Shown in pieces: positions 1-14,520 of a stretch of DNA of 64,000 nt. This stretch comes from Octopus sinensis (taxonomy: Eukaryota): NCBI RefSeq assembly GCF_006345805.1, contig NC_042998.1, positions 83,142,001-83,206,000 of the forward strand. Reading direction: 5' to 3'. A program made the translations under genes and the position numbers. The notes below the pieces were generated by a model. It was not told the DNA's origin and did no database searches. It saw only the letters and a program-made list of their open reading frames with translations. Position 1 is the first letter of the stretch, and every line of letters starts with the position of its first letter.

Positions 1-335
1 ATATGTATACATATATATATATACATACACACATACATACACACACACATATATATACATATATATACACTTACACATACATATACATATCTACACATAA
101 ACATATATGTATACATACACACACTCACATGCATACACGTATACACACATGTATATATACACACACGACCACACATACATATACACACAGAAAAATATAT
201 ATACACATACACACACATACTCACATACACGCATACACACACATATCCACACACACACATGCACACACAGCACACTAGTCCCTATATACACATACACACA
301 TATATATACACACACATACATACATATACATACAT

Positions 336-368
<33 letters not shown>

Positions 369-782
369 CATATGTGTACCTATGCATACCTACACATACA
401 CACATATATATACACATACAAATACAGACCCATTCCCTAATTTTAATTTTATTATCTTCGTTTATTACTTTTGTTATCTTTGGCCGGTTGGTCACAAACA
501 TCTTGGCTATGACAGCCAGTCCATTTATCTGTCTACTGGAAAACAAGCACTCATTCACTCACGCACACTCTTTAGCACGTACACTCACTCATTCGTACAC
601 TCATACACATACACGCACGCACACGTTATATTCATACATACATACATCTACATACATTCACGTATATACACACATACGTACGCGTACCTACAGATTCATG
701 TCTACACTCTTAGAAGGCTAGTCTATACATATACACCAATAAATATAAATACACACACATACATATACACCTACATACAAAT

Positions 783-816
<34 letters not shown>

Positions 817-1463
817 TCACATATATATATACACATATATACATATACATATATATACATATATATACACACATACACACACATACATATATATACACAC
901 ATACACATACATACATATACACACATACACATACATACGTATACATACATACATACATACGTATACATACATACATACATACATACATTTATACACATAT
1001 ACACACCCACATACATATATATACGCGCATATATATATATATATTCATACACATACATATATATACGCGCATATATATATATATATTCATACACACACAT
1101 ACATATACATACATACATATACAAATATACGCACACACATACATACATACTCATATACACATACACGCACATACACATGTACATGCGTACCCATACACAC
1201 ACACACACACACGCGCGCATCCATATATACACATAAGTACACACATGCGTAAAAGTATACATATATCTATGCTTACACATACACACACACACACACGCGC
1301 CTCCTTATATTCATACTTACATGCATACTCAAAATAAGTAAATAGTGTAAAATATATATACGCGCAGTTATTCATACATGCATACTCAAAAAATAAATAA
1401 TAAATATTAAGTATATGTATGTGCAGTTACCTATTATATAGACGGATACATACATATAAACTT

Positions 1464-1518
<55 letters not shown>

Positions 1519-1735
1519 TACACATATATGTATATATACATACTTACACACATGTACAAATAAATACACACATAGATAACTCTACGTACCTACATATACA
1601 TAAACACACGAGCGTACGCGTATATGTACATATACACATACACACGCATATATATACATACATACATACACATACACACATATATACACACACACACACA
1701 TATATACACATATATATATATACATATATATACAC

Positions 1736-1768
<33 letters not shown>

Positions 1769-2056
1769 CATACACATATATACACACATATACACATACA
1801 CACACATATACATGTGTGCAAACATACATACATTCTCATACAAGCACACACACTTACATTTACATATATACACACACTTACACACATATATACATACACA
1901 TATACATACATACATACATACATATATGCATACATACACACACACATATATATACATATACATACATACACATACACATACCATACATATATATACACAC
2001 ACATATACATACACATGCACATACTTATATTTCTACATACTCGCATAACATATATA
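1..2056. repeat. Compound (TA)n/(CA)n/(TACA)n microsatellite tract with short unique interruptions
   Basis: Directly visible; produces the His/Thr/Tyr/Ile-only ORFs. Confidence 0.95.
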
Positions 2057-2256
2057 TCATCATCATCATCATCATCAATTAACGTCCGCTTTCCATGCTA
2101 GCATGGTTGGACGGTTCAACTGGGTCTGGGGAGCCCGAAAGCTGCACCAGTCCAGTCAGATCTGGCAGTGTTTCTACAGGATGCCCTTCCTAACGCCAAC
2201 CACTCCGAGAGTGTAGTGGGGTGATTTTATGTGCCACCGACACAGGTGCCAGACGT
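2057..2256 (-). mobile_element. RTE-LINE-type 3' tail fragment (young subfamily)
   Basis: (cat)n tail followed by aacgtccgctttccatgctagcatgg...ggatgcccttcctaacgccaaccactcc; nearly identical to 42467-42657. Confidence 0.85.
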
Positions 2257-2513
2257 GTGTATATAACATATACACACACATACATATACCTTTTTTTATT
2301 TTTTATTTTTTTATTTATTCTTCTATCTAATTTAACACTGACTCCTTGACCACTCCCCAAGTATGATATTTTGCGCTATGCCTACCCCAAAAAGTCCCCC
2401 ACCAACACCCCTTTAAACCTGCCTAAATGTATAAATGCCAATACAATTCTTGTTAACTAGCTTCCTGAAGATTTCTCTTGAATGAAACGTTCTAGTCCTG
2501 TAGAAGCTCCTTC

Positions 2514-2515
<2 letters not shown>

Positions 2516-2553
<38 letters not shown>

Positions 2554-2655
2554 ATATATCTGTGTGTATATATATATATCTTGTGTATATATATATATAT
2601 GTGTGTGTGTGTGTATATATGTGTGTGTGTTGTGTGTATATATATATATATATGT

Positions 2656-2686
<31 letters not shown>

Positions 2687-2704
2687 GTGTGTGTTGTATA
2701 TATG

Positions 2705-2751
<47 letters not shown>

Positions 2752-3064
2752 GTGTATATATATATATGTGTGTGTGTGTATATATATATATGTGTGTGTG
2801 TGTATATATATAATATATGGGTTGGTGTGTATATATATATATGTGTGTGTGTGTGTATATATATATATATGTGTGTGTGTGTATATATATATATATATGT
2901 TGTGTGTGTATATATATATATATATGTGTGTGTGTGTATATATATATGTGTGTGGTGTGTGTAATATATATGTGTGGTGTGTGTATATATTATATATATA
3001 TGTGGTGTTGTGTGTATATATATATGTGTGTGTGTGTGGTATATATATGTGGTGTGTGTGTGTG

Positions 3065-3105
<41 letters not shown>

Positions 3106-3248
3106 TGTGTGTGTGTGTATATAATATGTGTGTGTGTGTGTGTTGTATATATGTGTGTGTGTGTGTGTGTATGTGTATATATGTATTGTGTGTGTGTGTG
3201 TGTATATATATGTGTGTGTGTGTGTGTGTATATGTGTGTGTGTGGGTG

Positions 3249-3290
<42 letters not shown>

Positions 3291-3656
3291 TGTGTGGTAT
3301 ATATATATGTGTGTGTGTGTGGTGTGTATATATATATGTGTGTGTATATATATATGTGTGTGTGTGTGTGTGTATATAATGTGTGTGTGTGTGTGTGTGT
3401 ATATATGTGTGGTGTGTGTGTGTATATAGGGTGTGTGTGTGTGTATATATGTGTGTGTGTGTGTGTGTATATATGTGTGTGTGTGTGTGTATATATGTGT
3501 GTGGTGTGTGTGTGTATATATGTGTGTGTGGTGTGTGTGTGTGTGTATATATGTTGTGTGTGTGTGTGTATATATGTGTGTGTGTGTGTATATATGTGTG
3601 TATGTGTGTGTGTGTGTGTGTGTATATATGTTGTGTGTGTGTGTATATATATTGTG

Positions 3657-3715
<59 letters not shown>

Positions 3716-3975
3716 ATATATGTGTGTGTGTGTGTGTGTATATATGTGTGTGTGTGTGTGGTGTGTATATATGTGTGTGTGTGTGTATATATATGTGTGG
3801 TTGTGGTGTATATATATGTGTGTGTGTGTGCATATTTGTGTGTGTGTGCAATATGTGTTGTGTGTGTATATATATGTGTGTGTGTATATATATATGGTGT
3901 GTGTATATATATTATGTGTGTGTGTGTATATATATATGTGTGTGTGTGTGTATATGTATGTGTGCATGTAAATTG
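2516..3975. repeat. Irregular (TG)n/(TA)n microsatellite
   Basis: Directly visible, with many single-base register slips. Confidence 0.95.
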
Positions 3976-5238
3976 TATGTATATGAATGTTGTAAAAATT
4001 TGAGTACTTTTCTTTCAACTAATGAGTTTATTTTGCAATGTTAGCTCTGTCAGTATTAAGGTACTCTCTCTCCCTCGTGGTTTGTTTTTAATTGGCATGG
4101 CCTATTTATTAATTACATCAATGTAGCACATATGTAAGGAAATCAATTTCGTGTGAATGCCAGCATTTGTAATCCTGCTGCAGTGTGATTATCACATATA
4201 TAAGATGGCTTACTTCGGCCCTTTGCCTCCACTTAATCTTTTTCTTCTTCTTTCACTGCAACACGAGACAGATATGTTATTATATAGCTTTTCCTCATTT
4301 CTAATTGTATACTATAAAGGCTCCAGACCTACTTGTGACTTCCATTTGCTTATGATGTTCTGTATGAGATGGCAAAAGTGGATTTCACTATAGTTGAAAC
4401 ATGAATGATTCATCTCCCTCTTCCAAGTCCTAAAAATTATTAATAATACATTTGCCTTAGATGAAGGATGTATAAAATGTAATGAAACTGCACCAATAAC
4501 CTAATGACCTCCCTTCCTCTATCCCCCACCCCCCCAAAAATAACATTTGATTCAATGGTTTTGTTTTTATACTGCACCATAAAGGAATTGTTTAGCAGAC
4601 GAAGATATTTATTATTATTATAATCATTGTACTGTTTTGCGAGAAAAATGATTCCTAATTATAAAGGAGATGGTTTAAGCAGGTCTTGTACAATTATGTT
4701 AATTTTATGGTCGAAAATTGTAGGTGGGGAATTAAAATGTTCCTGAGAAGAATGTGAGGCTGATCAGTTGAATCAATACCTTTTATGGCATATCTATCAG
4801 AAAGGGTATTGATTGAGAATTTATGAGTTTGTCTTGTTCTGATAGTGAATAATAACCTTTTGTGTGTTCTTATCATTTTAAAACATTACTAAAGCATTTA
4901 AGTCTGTTGGTTTTTTTTTTTTTGTTGTTGCTTAGGTTTTTTTTCTTTTTTCTTTCAAGAATTACATCCTTCTACAATAACATGGTGACATGTATTTATG
5001 TATCAGTCTTATTTTTACCAGTTGAAGGTCAGTGAGAAAATGAATAGAAGTTGGGCGAGGATTGGAAATGAGTGGCTGCTGAAATTAATGATAGGCATTA
5101 ATGAAGCTGAAAAATAAATGATTAAACCATTTCAAGCACACAAATAAGGTTATTGAAATTACTGTAGGGCATATAAGACACATTTTTCACCAAAAAAATA
5201 TCAAGAGAATCACCCCAAATTGTATATGTGAAGCTATA

Positions 5239-5462
5239 TTAACCACTTTGACACCGACATGCCTGAACCCGCACTTGGTTCTATAATGCAAACTTCTTAT
5301 TTTAAAGTGATTAAGTTAAAATCTTCCATCAAAGGTTCATGCTAATTCATGCTCCAAACACCAGCTTAAAAATGACAAAGCTCATTTACTAATTTCCTCA
5401 TTATTTTCAAAATTAATTGAAACATAGGTATTGTATTTTAATTGCAGTATGATAAAACTTAA
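5239..5462 (+). mobile_element. Degenerate TTAA-flanked (piggyBac-like) MITE
   Basis: TTAA at 5239-5242 and 5459-5462; interior resembles 53400-53622 (cctgaa...aaaatcttcca...); TIRs decayed. Confidence 0.45.
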
Positions 5463-5946
5463 CACATTTTTTTAACTCCTAATTAGGCACTGTTGAAATT
5501 GTGGTGCTTCTAATTTTCCTTTTTGTCCTTTATATGATCAAATATGGGTTTTCTTTTCAATGTATTCCATCATGCAGATGTTTCATATCTTATCAATATC
5601 ATATTGAGTTTATTGACTCTAGTGTCAATATATTATGTTGTAATCTTTTGAACATTTCGTAGCATGATAGGGTTTCATCCCTAGAGATTGTTGCAGTGAC
5701 CTCTGGGGCTAAAACCATGAACTTGAGCTCAATGTTGTGACTGCGAGATGTCCTGCTGTGTGGCTAACAAGCCCCCTTTGCAACCATATGGTTTCAGGTT
5801 CAGTCTCACTGTATGACATCTTGGGCAAGTGACTTTTATTATAGCTCTGGGCTAACCAATGCCTTGGAAATGCATTTAGTTAGCAAAAACTGTGCAGAAG
5901 CCTATCCTCAGTGTATGTATGTATGTATGTGTGTGTGTGTATAGAT

Positions 5947-6107
5947 GCTGGCGTGGCCTGTGTGGTAAGAAGCTTGCTTCCCAACTCCATGGTTCCTGGC
6001 TCAATCCCGCTGCATGGCACTTTGGGCAAGTGTCTTCTGCTATAGTGTTAGGCTGACCAAAGCCTTGTGAGTGGATTTGGCAAACAGAAACTAAAGAAGA
6101 AGCCCAC

Positions 6108-6162
<55 letters not shown>

Positions 6163-6368
6163 GTGTCTGTGTTTGCCCCCACCCTACCATCGCTTGACAA
6201 CCGATATTGGTGTGTTTACGTACCTGTAACTTAGCCATTCGGCGAAAGAGACTGTTAGAATAAGTACTAGGCTTACAAAGAATAAGTCCTGGGGTCTATT
6301 TGTTCAACTAAAGGCAGTGCTCCAGCATGGCCACTGTCAAGTGACTGAAAGAAATAAGAGAATAAAGA
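5947..6368 (+). mobile_element. Full-length bipartite tRNA-derived SINE (family A): head, short microsatellite, tail A
   Basis: Head gtggtaagaagcttgc...ttgggcaagtgtcttc...gaagaagccc; about 60 bp of (TG)(TA); tail ending gtgctccagcatggcc...gactgaaa...aataaag. Confidence 0.85.
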
Positions 6369-7016
6369 ATATATATAATTTAGTAATTTAACAAAAGAGA
6401 TTGAAAGAATAAGTCTCAGTCTTCATAAAAACAGAGTCCAATTTGTTCAACTAAAGCCCTTCAAGGCAGTGCTTCAGCATGGCCATAGCCCAGTGGCTTT
6501 AGCAAGTAGAAGGTACTGGAATTTTTCAAAGCTTTTTGCAAATTAGTTTGCTTTTTCCAGTTTGCTAGACCTAAAGGTGGTAACATTCCATCAACAGGCT
6601 TATCTTACTTCCTACTATCAAAATAATTGCTCACACAATTACAATTATTTGAACAAATTAAAATCATTCCATTGCTGTTAGTATGACAGAAGAAAAACTT
6701 TCCTGCTTCGACTGTATTTTAAGAAACTAGGGAAAATTAATTATGAACATTTTAGGATCAAATCTTTTAAAATTTTGCCAATTTACTGCTGGAGAATTCT
6801 TTAATCTTACACTTGTATAAGTTAGTCATTGGGCTGCAACCATGTTGGGACACTGCTTTGTAGGGCTTTAGTGAAACTATCTTTTTAAGTCTGGTATATA
6901 CTCTATTGGTGTCTTTTGTCCGACTGCTAACTTACAGAGATGGAAACGAACCAGCACCTGTGGTCAGTTGGTTGTGATGTAACAAGCATAGACATAACGT
7001 GTGTGTGTGTATTTGC

Positions 7017-8350
7017 ACAGACATGGCTGTGTGGTAAGAACCAGCTACATGGTTCTTGGTTCAGTTCCACTGCATACCACCTTGGGCAAGTGTCTTGTAC
7101 AAAAGCCTCGGAGGTGACCAAAGCCTTGTGAGTAAATTTGGTAGATGGAAACTGAAAGAAGCCTGTCATATATATGTGTATATATATATATATTCATGTG
7201 TGTGTGTATGCATGTATATGTAGATATACGTATGTAACGTGTGTGTATGTATATGTATGTATATATGTGTATGTATATGTATGTATACATGTGTATGTAT
7301 ATGTATGTATACATGTGTATGTATATGTATGTATACATGTGTATGTATATGTATGTATACATGTGTATGTACATGTATGTATACATGTGTATGTACATGT
7401 ATGTATACATGTGTATGTATATGTATGTATACATGTGTATGTATATGTATGTATACATGTGTATGTATATGTATGTATACATGTGTATGTATATGTATGT
7501 ATACATGTGTATGTACATGTATGTATACATGTGTATGTACATGTATGTATACATGTGTATGTACATGTATGTATACATGTGTATGTATATGTATGTATAC
7601 ATGTGTATGTATATGTATGTATACATGTGTATGTATATGTATGTATACATGTGTATGTATATGTATGTATACATGTGTATGTATATGTATGTATACATGT
7701 GTATGTATATGTATGTATACATGTGTATGTATATGTATGTATACATATGTATATATATGTATGTATACATGTGTATGTATATGTATGTATACATGTGTAT
7801 GTATATGTATGTATACATGTGTATGTATATGTATGTATACATGTGTATGTATATGTATGTATACATGTGTATGTATATGTATGTATACATGTGTATGTAT
7901 ATGTATGTATACATGTGTATGTATATGTATGTATACATGTGTATGTATATGTATGTATACATGTGTATGTATATGTGTATGTATACATGTGTATGTATAT
8001 GTGTATGTATACATGTGTATGTATATGTGTATGTATACATGTGTATGTATGTGTATGTATACATGTGTATGTATGTGTATGTATACATGTGTATGTATGT
8101 GTATGTATGTATATGTATGTATGTATGTATGTATATGTATGTATATATGTATATGTATGTATATATGTATATGTATGTATATATGTATATGTATGTATAT
8201 ATGTATATGTATGTATATATGTATATATATATGTATGTATACATATGTATGTATATATATGTATGTATACATATGTATGTATACATATGTGTATACATAT
8301 GTATGTATACATATGTATGTATATATATGTATGTATACATATGTGTATAC

Positions 8351-8406
<56 letters not shown>

Positions 8407-9968
8407 GTATGTATGTATATGTATGTATGTATATGTATGTATGTATGTATATGTATGTATATGTATGTATGTATATGTATGTATGTATATGTATGTATGT
8501 GTATGTATGTATGTATGTATATGTATGTATACATATGTATATACATATATGTGTGTATACATATGTATATACATATATGTGTGTATACATATGTATATAC
8601 ATATATGTGTGTATACATATGTATATACATATATGTGTGTATACATATGTATATACATATATGTGTGTATACATATGTATATACATATATGTGTGTATAC
8701 ATATGTATATACATATGTGTGTATACATATGTATATACATATGTGTGTATACATATGTATATACATATGTGTGTATACATATGTATATACATATGTGTGT
8801 ATACATATGTATATACATATGTGTGTATACATATGTATATACATATGTGTGTATACATATGTATATACATATGTGTGTATACATATGTATATACATATGT
8901 GTGTATATACATATATGTGTGTATACATATGTTTATGTATATGTGTGTATATATGTATGTATATGTGTGTATATATGTATGTATATGTGTGTATATATGT
9001 ATGTATATGTGTGTATATATGTATGTATATGTGTGTATATATGTATGTATACATATGTGTATATATACGTATGTATACATGTGTGTATATATACGTATGT
9101 ATACATATGTGTATGTATACGTATGTATACATATGTGTATGTATACGTATGTATACATATGTGTATGTATACGTATGTATACATATGTGTACGTATGTGT
9201 ATGTATACGTATGTATACGTATGTGTATGTATACGTATGTATACGTATGTGTATGTATACGTATGTATACGTATGTGTATGTATACATGTATGTATATGT
9301 ATGTATGTATGTTATGTATGTATGTATATGTGTATGTATACGTATGTATAACGTATGTGTATGTATACGTATGTATACGTATGTGTATGTATACGTATGT
9401 ATACGTATGTGTATGTATACGTATGTATACGTATGTGTATGTATACGTATGTATACGTATGTGTACGTATACGTATGTATACGTATGTGTATGTATACGT
9501 ATGTATACGTATGTGTATGTATACGTATGTATACGTATGTGTATGTATACGTATGTATACGTATGTGTATGTATACGTATGTATACGTATGTGTATGTAT
9601 ACGTATGTGTATGTATACGTATGTATACGTATGTGTATGTATACGTATGTATACGTATGTGTATGTATACGTATGTGTATGTATACGTATGTGTATGTAT
9701 ACGTATGTATACGTATGTGTATGTATACGTATGTATACGTATGTGTATGTATACGTATGTGTATGTATACGTATGTATACGTATGTGTATGTATACGTAT
9801 GTGTATGTATATGTGTGTGTGTCTTTGTACTGTGTGTATGTCCTTTTAACTTAGCAGTTCAACAAATGAGTCTAATAGAATAAGTACTAGGGTCAGTTCA
9901 TTCAATTAAAATTCTTCAAGGTAGTGCCTTAGCATGGCCGCAGTCTAATGACTAAAACAAATAAAAGA
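7017..9968 (+). mobile_element. Family A SINE whose internal microsatellite has expanded to about 2.65 kb
   Basis: Head at 7017-7167 and tail A at 9823-9968 are collinear with the 5947-6368 copy. Confidence 0.8.
7168..9822. repeat. Higher-order purine/pyrimidine-alternating minisatellite (24-bp, 26/28-bp and 26/16-bp unit blocks)
   Basis: Units atgtatacatgtgtatgtatatgt (24), acatatgtatatacatatatgtgtgtat (28, later 26) and gtatacgtatgtatacgtatgtgtat (26). Confidence 0.95.
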
Positions 9969-9992
9969 TGCACGATATATATATATATATAA

Positions 9993-10184
9993 CTGCCTGA
10001 CTAGCCCTCATGCCAGTGGCACAGAGTGATTGGCATTAGGACGGACATCCAACTGTAGAAACTTTGCCAGATCAGATTGGAGCCTGGTGCAGCCTTCTGG
10101 CTCGCCAGTTCTCAGTCAAACTGACCAACCCATGCCAGCATGGAAAGCAGATGTTAAGCGATGACGACGATGATGATGATGATG
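9993..10184 (+). mobile_element. RTE-type 3' tail fragment
   Basis: gccagatcagattggagcctggtgcagcc...catgccagcatggaaagc followed by an (atg)n tail. Confidence 0.8.
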
Positions 10185-10619
10185 TACGATCTCCATATAC
10201 CAAGTTCATTCACAAGGCATTGATCGGTCCAGCACTATAATAGTAGATGTTTGTCTAAGGTACTTCGAAGCAATACTGAACCCAAATCCCATGTGATTGC
10301 AAAGCAGCCATGCTATTTTAAAAATTCTGACAAATGTTCATTCTTGATATATTATCAATCAATCAAATCTACCATTGTTATCCCCCTGTTTTACTTGTTT
10401 TCTTTCCATAACTATTGGATTTGGGCATCTACTCTCTATCTCTTGTCAGATCTTTTCCATTCATTCCTTCATTGTGTTTGGTTTTATCCTCTGGTTTTTT
10501 TTTCCTGATCTCTTCGAATTGTCATCTACCTGATATTGTCACTCATCCATCCCATTTCCATATCAACAATGAATGTTGAATAATGTCCAAAAGAATATAA
10601 TCGCCAATACAAGTGACCG

Positions 10620-11580
10620 TGATGAAGTTCTCTTGAATGGTCTCTCAAGCAACATTACTAGAAGTGCATAGCTAAGAGATCAGCGAGTAGAGAGAAAACA
10701 CAGCTAAGCAGAAGAGTAAGTTCTGAAAGTTTACAAGACTTTCTTACTGGTTGTGCTGTTGACATAGGTGTCAGTAACGAAGCTACAAAAACGTTAGAGA
10801 AACAAATAAAGATTGTTAAAATTCAATTCACTGTGCCAACAAATGAGAAAAAATAGTGTCAAGGAATGCAGTAGATTTATCAGCAACTAAATAAGGAAAA
10901 ATATTTCAAGGTTTGTAAGGAGAGTAGAAAAACTGGATTGTAATGGTGAGAAAAAAACTTGTGCTGTTGAGATGAAAAGATGTGTCTCAAATTAGTTTAT
11001 AAAACATGTAATAAAGGGTGCATAAAATATTCATAAAATGATAAAATCTCATAGAATGTCATAATAGTGTATGTCATTCTATGTTAATACAGGGTAAAGT
11101 TATTGCATATCTTTAACCCTTTTGTTACTGTATTTCTTTCAGTTACTTTAAATATAACAAAGATTTTAGTAAAATAACTTGGTTATCATTCAACTAGTGT
11201 TAGGAACATAAATTGTGACTAAGGTTCGGTGGAAGATTTTAACTCAAAACTTATGAAAACAAGACATTTGTACTCAGAGCCAGACCCAAACTGGTTGGTA
11301 ATGAAAGGGTTAAACCTGTATTAAAGGTATGTAGTGGTAAAAATGAAGAAAGACGGGCTAAGCAAAAAGTTTAATGTTGAGTTTGAGGGTTGTGACAATA
11401 TGAATGACTAAGAGAAGAGAGGTGGTTCCATTGGACAGAGTTGGTGGTGGTGGTGGGTACTTCCTGGCTGGTATGAGAAGAGACAAGAAACATGATATGT
11501 GGGTTAATGGATTGTGATGTATTGATGATTGAATCTCAGCCATAATGACAGCTCACCCATTTTTTTAAGCAGTCACGAAT
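10620..11580 (-). mobile_element. Decayed retroelement fragment, possibly Penelope-like, interrupted by a MITE
   Basis: 10740-11060 is visibly homologous to 14225-14520; no intact ORF. Confidence 0.3.
11113..11313 (-). mobile_element. piggyBac-like MITE
   Basis: TTAA at 11113-11116 and 11310-11313; TIRs cccttttgttac / ggtaatgaaaggg; reverse-complement homologue of 53396-53626. Confidence 0.8.
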
Positions 11581-11799
11581 GCTTTGTGTAACAATAGCAG
11601 TACCACACATACTATATATAATTATATATATCTATATCCATCTATATCTACATACATACATATAGCTACATATATATATTTCTATATATATATGCATACG
11701 TATATACATTATATATATATATATATATATATGATATTCTTCAAGCCTAATTAGGTTACTTATGAAGAAAGTAAGCGATCCCTACAAACTATGAATCCA

Positions 11800-14520
11800 C
11801 AAGCACGCTCTATTTTTCAAGAATGAAAGACAGCCTACAATATAAGAATAAGGTATAAGAGATTCACAACTGAGCATATGTCTATTCCCATCATTTGCCT
11901 ACATGAATAGCACTCTGGTTTCAAGTCCATTCAATCCAGCAGTGTCCACAGCACTAAAAATATATATGTAGGCAGAACTTTGAGTCACTGCCAAGCTTTA
12001 TAAAAATTGCCATCCAGATATACAAAATAGAAAAATGTCTGACCCTGAAGAGGAAACCTGGTCTTTGGCATGCAGTTTTGGCAATGTTAAATGTGCTCAT
12101 CAAAGGTTGTGAAATCTTGCAGTTGAAGTGATTTTGAGGATTTTAGATGTGTATGCTTTTCATGAAGAGAAGGTGTAATGCAAAGCTGCTATGTATGTAT
12201 ATAATGGTTGTATTTTGGACTGTTGTAGGAAGCTAGCTTGTCATGTCCTTACTGGAAAATATTTTTGTGGCCTCTATTGATGGCAGAATAGGCAAGTTGT
12301 GTGTGAGATGTTTTGCTTGTATTGAGATGACACTTGTGTGCAGGTGATTAAAGAGGGGTGAAAGGTGGTATCACCTGCATAGTAATAAAGGTGTACTTAG
12401 AATTAACAGCAAGAACATCATTTTTGTAATTAATGAAAATTGATATACACCAATTGATAGATTTTGAGTCTCACCTCTGCCAACACACTGCAATAGCATG
12501 GCCTGACAGAAAATTTTCTTACCAATTGACTAAAATCCAGAACCTGAGCAAGCTGGTAACTGTATTGGCAGTAATTAGTCAACAGTAGAATATGCTTATT
12601 GGCAATTAGTCAATTGGGTGAATTTGCCAAGTTCAGTTATCATGCCCAATAGACAAGATGAGTAGAGTCCATAGGCAAGCAACTTTGTGATGGAATTTTC
12701 ATGCTAGATGCTTTCAAAATTCCTTGCTGATTTAAAGAACATCATTGCCTTTGATCAACTTTTCAAAGATGAGAGATTACTGGTAAGTGAAATAAGAAAT
12801 GTCTGTTATTGATTTGGCTAATGAAAACTATATTAGTTCTCAATTATAAGGGAAAGTGACTCAAAGTTATAAAAGAAAATTATGGCTAGATCACAGATTG
12901 CTTTTCTTGGGAATAGGATGCTTTTGTATGTTTCTGTAGAATAGATATCTTGGGAGAGAGAATGGGGAGGACTGAACATTTTGGTGAGGGCCATAGAAGA
13001 AACTGTGAGAGCTGAATTGGATTGAGCTGAAAGGTGTTTATACTTGGTGACATTCCATAGGGTTGAGATTAGTAAAGTCAAGAAAGGGATTCAGAGATAA
13101 GATTTTAATGTTTGGGCAATGTTGAATTAGAAACAAGTTTCAAATTTTATATGTAAATGTGCTACTGATGTTTTGATTGAATGGTAGCTGGTAGGAACAT
13201 TCTACAAAGTTAGATCCTCTTGGCAGGGAACCAGGGGACCAAGCTGCAATTTTCTAGGCAAAAAAAAAAATACAATAACAAAACACCTTACAAATGGTGA
13301 TGCACAAATATATCTTTGTTTTCTTAATAGATGTTGTGTAGGTGTTGTGACAGTGGGTTTGAATACCTTCCTGTTAGCAATAATGTATGATCTGCTCTTG
13401 GTGTTTTAGACTGTGTTCTTCACTCATACAACAGCAAAGCTGGAAGTGAATCAATTAGGTTCACTTCCAGCTTTGGTTACATTTGGAACATACCTCAGAA
13501 AATGGCATTGCTCTTGCCTTCTAAGCCCTCAAATTAATCAGAGCAGAAACACATTTACTGGCAAAGATATAATAGACTTGGCAAACTTTGATTAGTTAGC
13601 TAACTCGAGGTACCAGGGGAGGTAGGAGGGGGATATGGTGGGGTTGTTATGTTGTGGAATGGGGGTGATCAAAATGATAGAGGTTGATAATTTTATGACA
13701 GAGTGTGAAGGCTACGTTTAGAACTGAGAAAGAGTTTGAGAATATTTGAAGAGTCTGTGTTAATATTGATCTACTATGTATTGAGTATATGTGAAGTTGA
13801 TGTGCTTCTGTCTGCTTTGATTTTGGAAATATATGATTTCATGGTAGGGTGGTGAGTTAATATATACATGCAGGCTGGTTATATGATATTCATATGGAAC
13901 ATTATTTAAAAGGTCATTGATTGGAAAGATTTTATTGTTAAAGTGTAAGTGGTGTCAGTAATAAACCAATCCTTTTTTGATGTTCCTAGTAAAAGAAAAA
14001 ATAATTGGACTCTATTAGGGTGAGACATGATAAAGCTTTTTCACTGTTTAATGTATTGGGTGATGGTGGTGTGGTGATTGGTTAGAATCATATTACTATA
14101 TTAGATACTGGGAAGAGAAATTTAAGAATAAATTAGAACATGTTTATTGAAGTGCTCTAAGTGTATGGTATGTTGAATCTAATGTATTGCTCCATTTTAA
14201 TGACACTACTTCCTTTTTTCTTCCTGGATATTATTGTTGTGGATGTTAGTAATGAAGTTGCAAAAAGGTTAGAGAAACAGATAAAGAATGTTGAAATTTG
14301 AATAGCTATGCCACCAAATGAGGAAAATACTGTCTTGAAATGCAATAATCAGCGAGTATATTACAGCAAAAATATTTTAAAGTATGTCAGCAAAGTAGAA
14401 AAACAGGATTGAAATAGTGAGAGAAAATGTGCTATTGAGAGGGAAAGTGTATCTCAAATTAGTTCATAAAATATATAATGAAAGGTGTATAAATATTCAT
14501 CAAGTGGTGAAAATTCATTG
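11800..14520 (-). mobile_element. Highly decayed Penelope-like element (RT plus GIY-YIG-type) remnant
   Basis: Frameshifted minus-strand fragments resemble PLE motifs in the expected order: TIISRKKKGSSVIKM (cf. IIIKPADKGxxVVIM), KQTEAHQLHIYS (cf. KPTDxHQYLHxxS), TTFHPSL, HNLPIL...KIF, CQNC. All matches are by eye and weak. Confidence 0.4.

Noticed and set aside
3-9883. Very long ORFs (up to 880 aa) made of H/T/Y/I or C/V/Y/M
   Set aside because: Translations of stop-free dinucleotide repeats, open in several frames on both strands. The same applies to those at 24.3, 31.5 and 32.2 kb.
12519-12620. Short inverted repeat ccaattgacta / tagtcaattgg
   Set aside because: An 11-bp match with no TSD or recognised family; probably a small repeat remnant.
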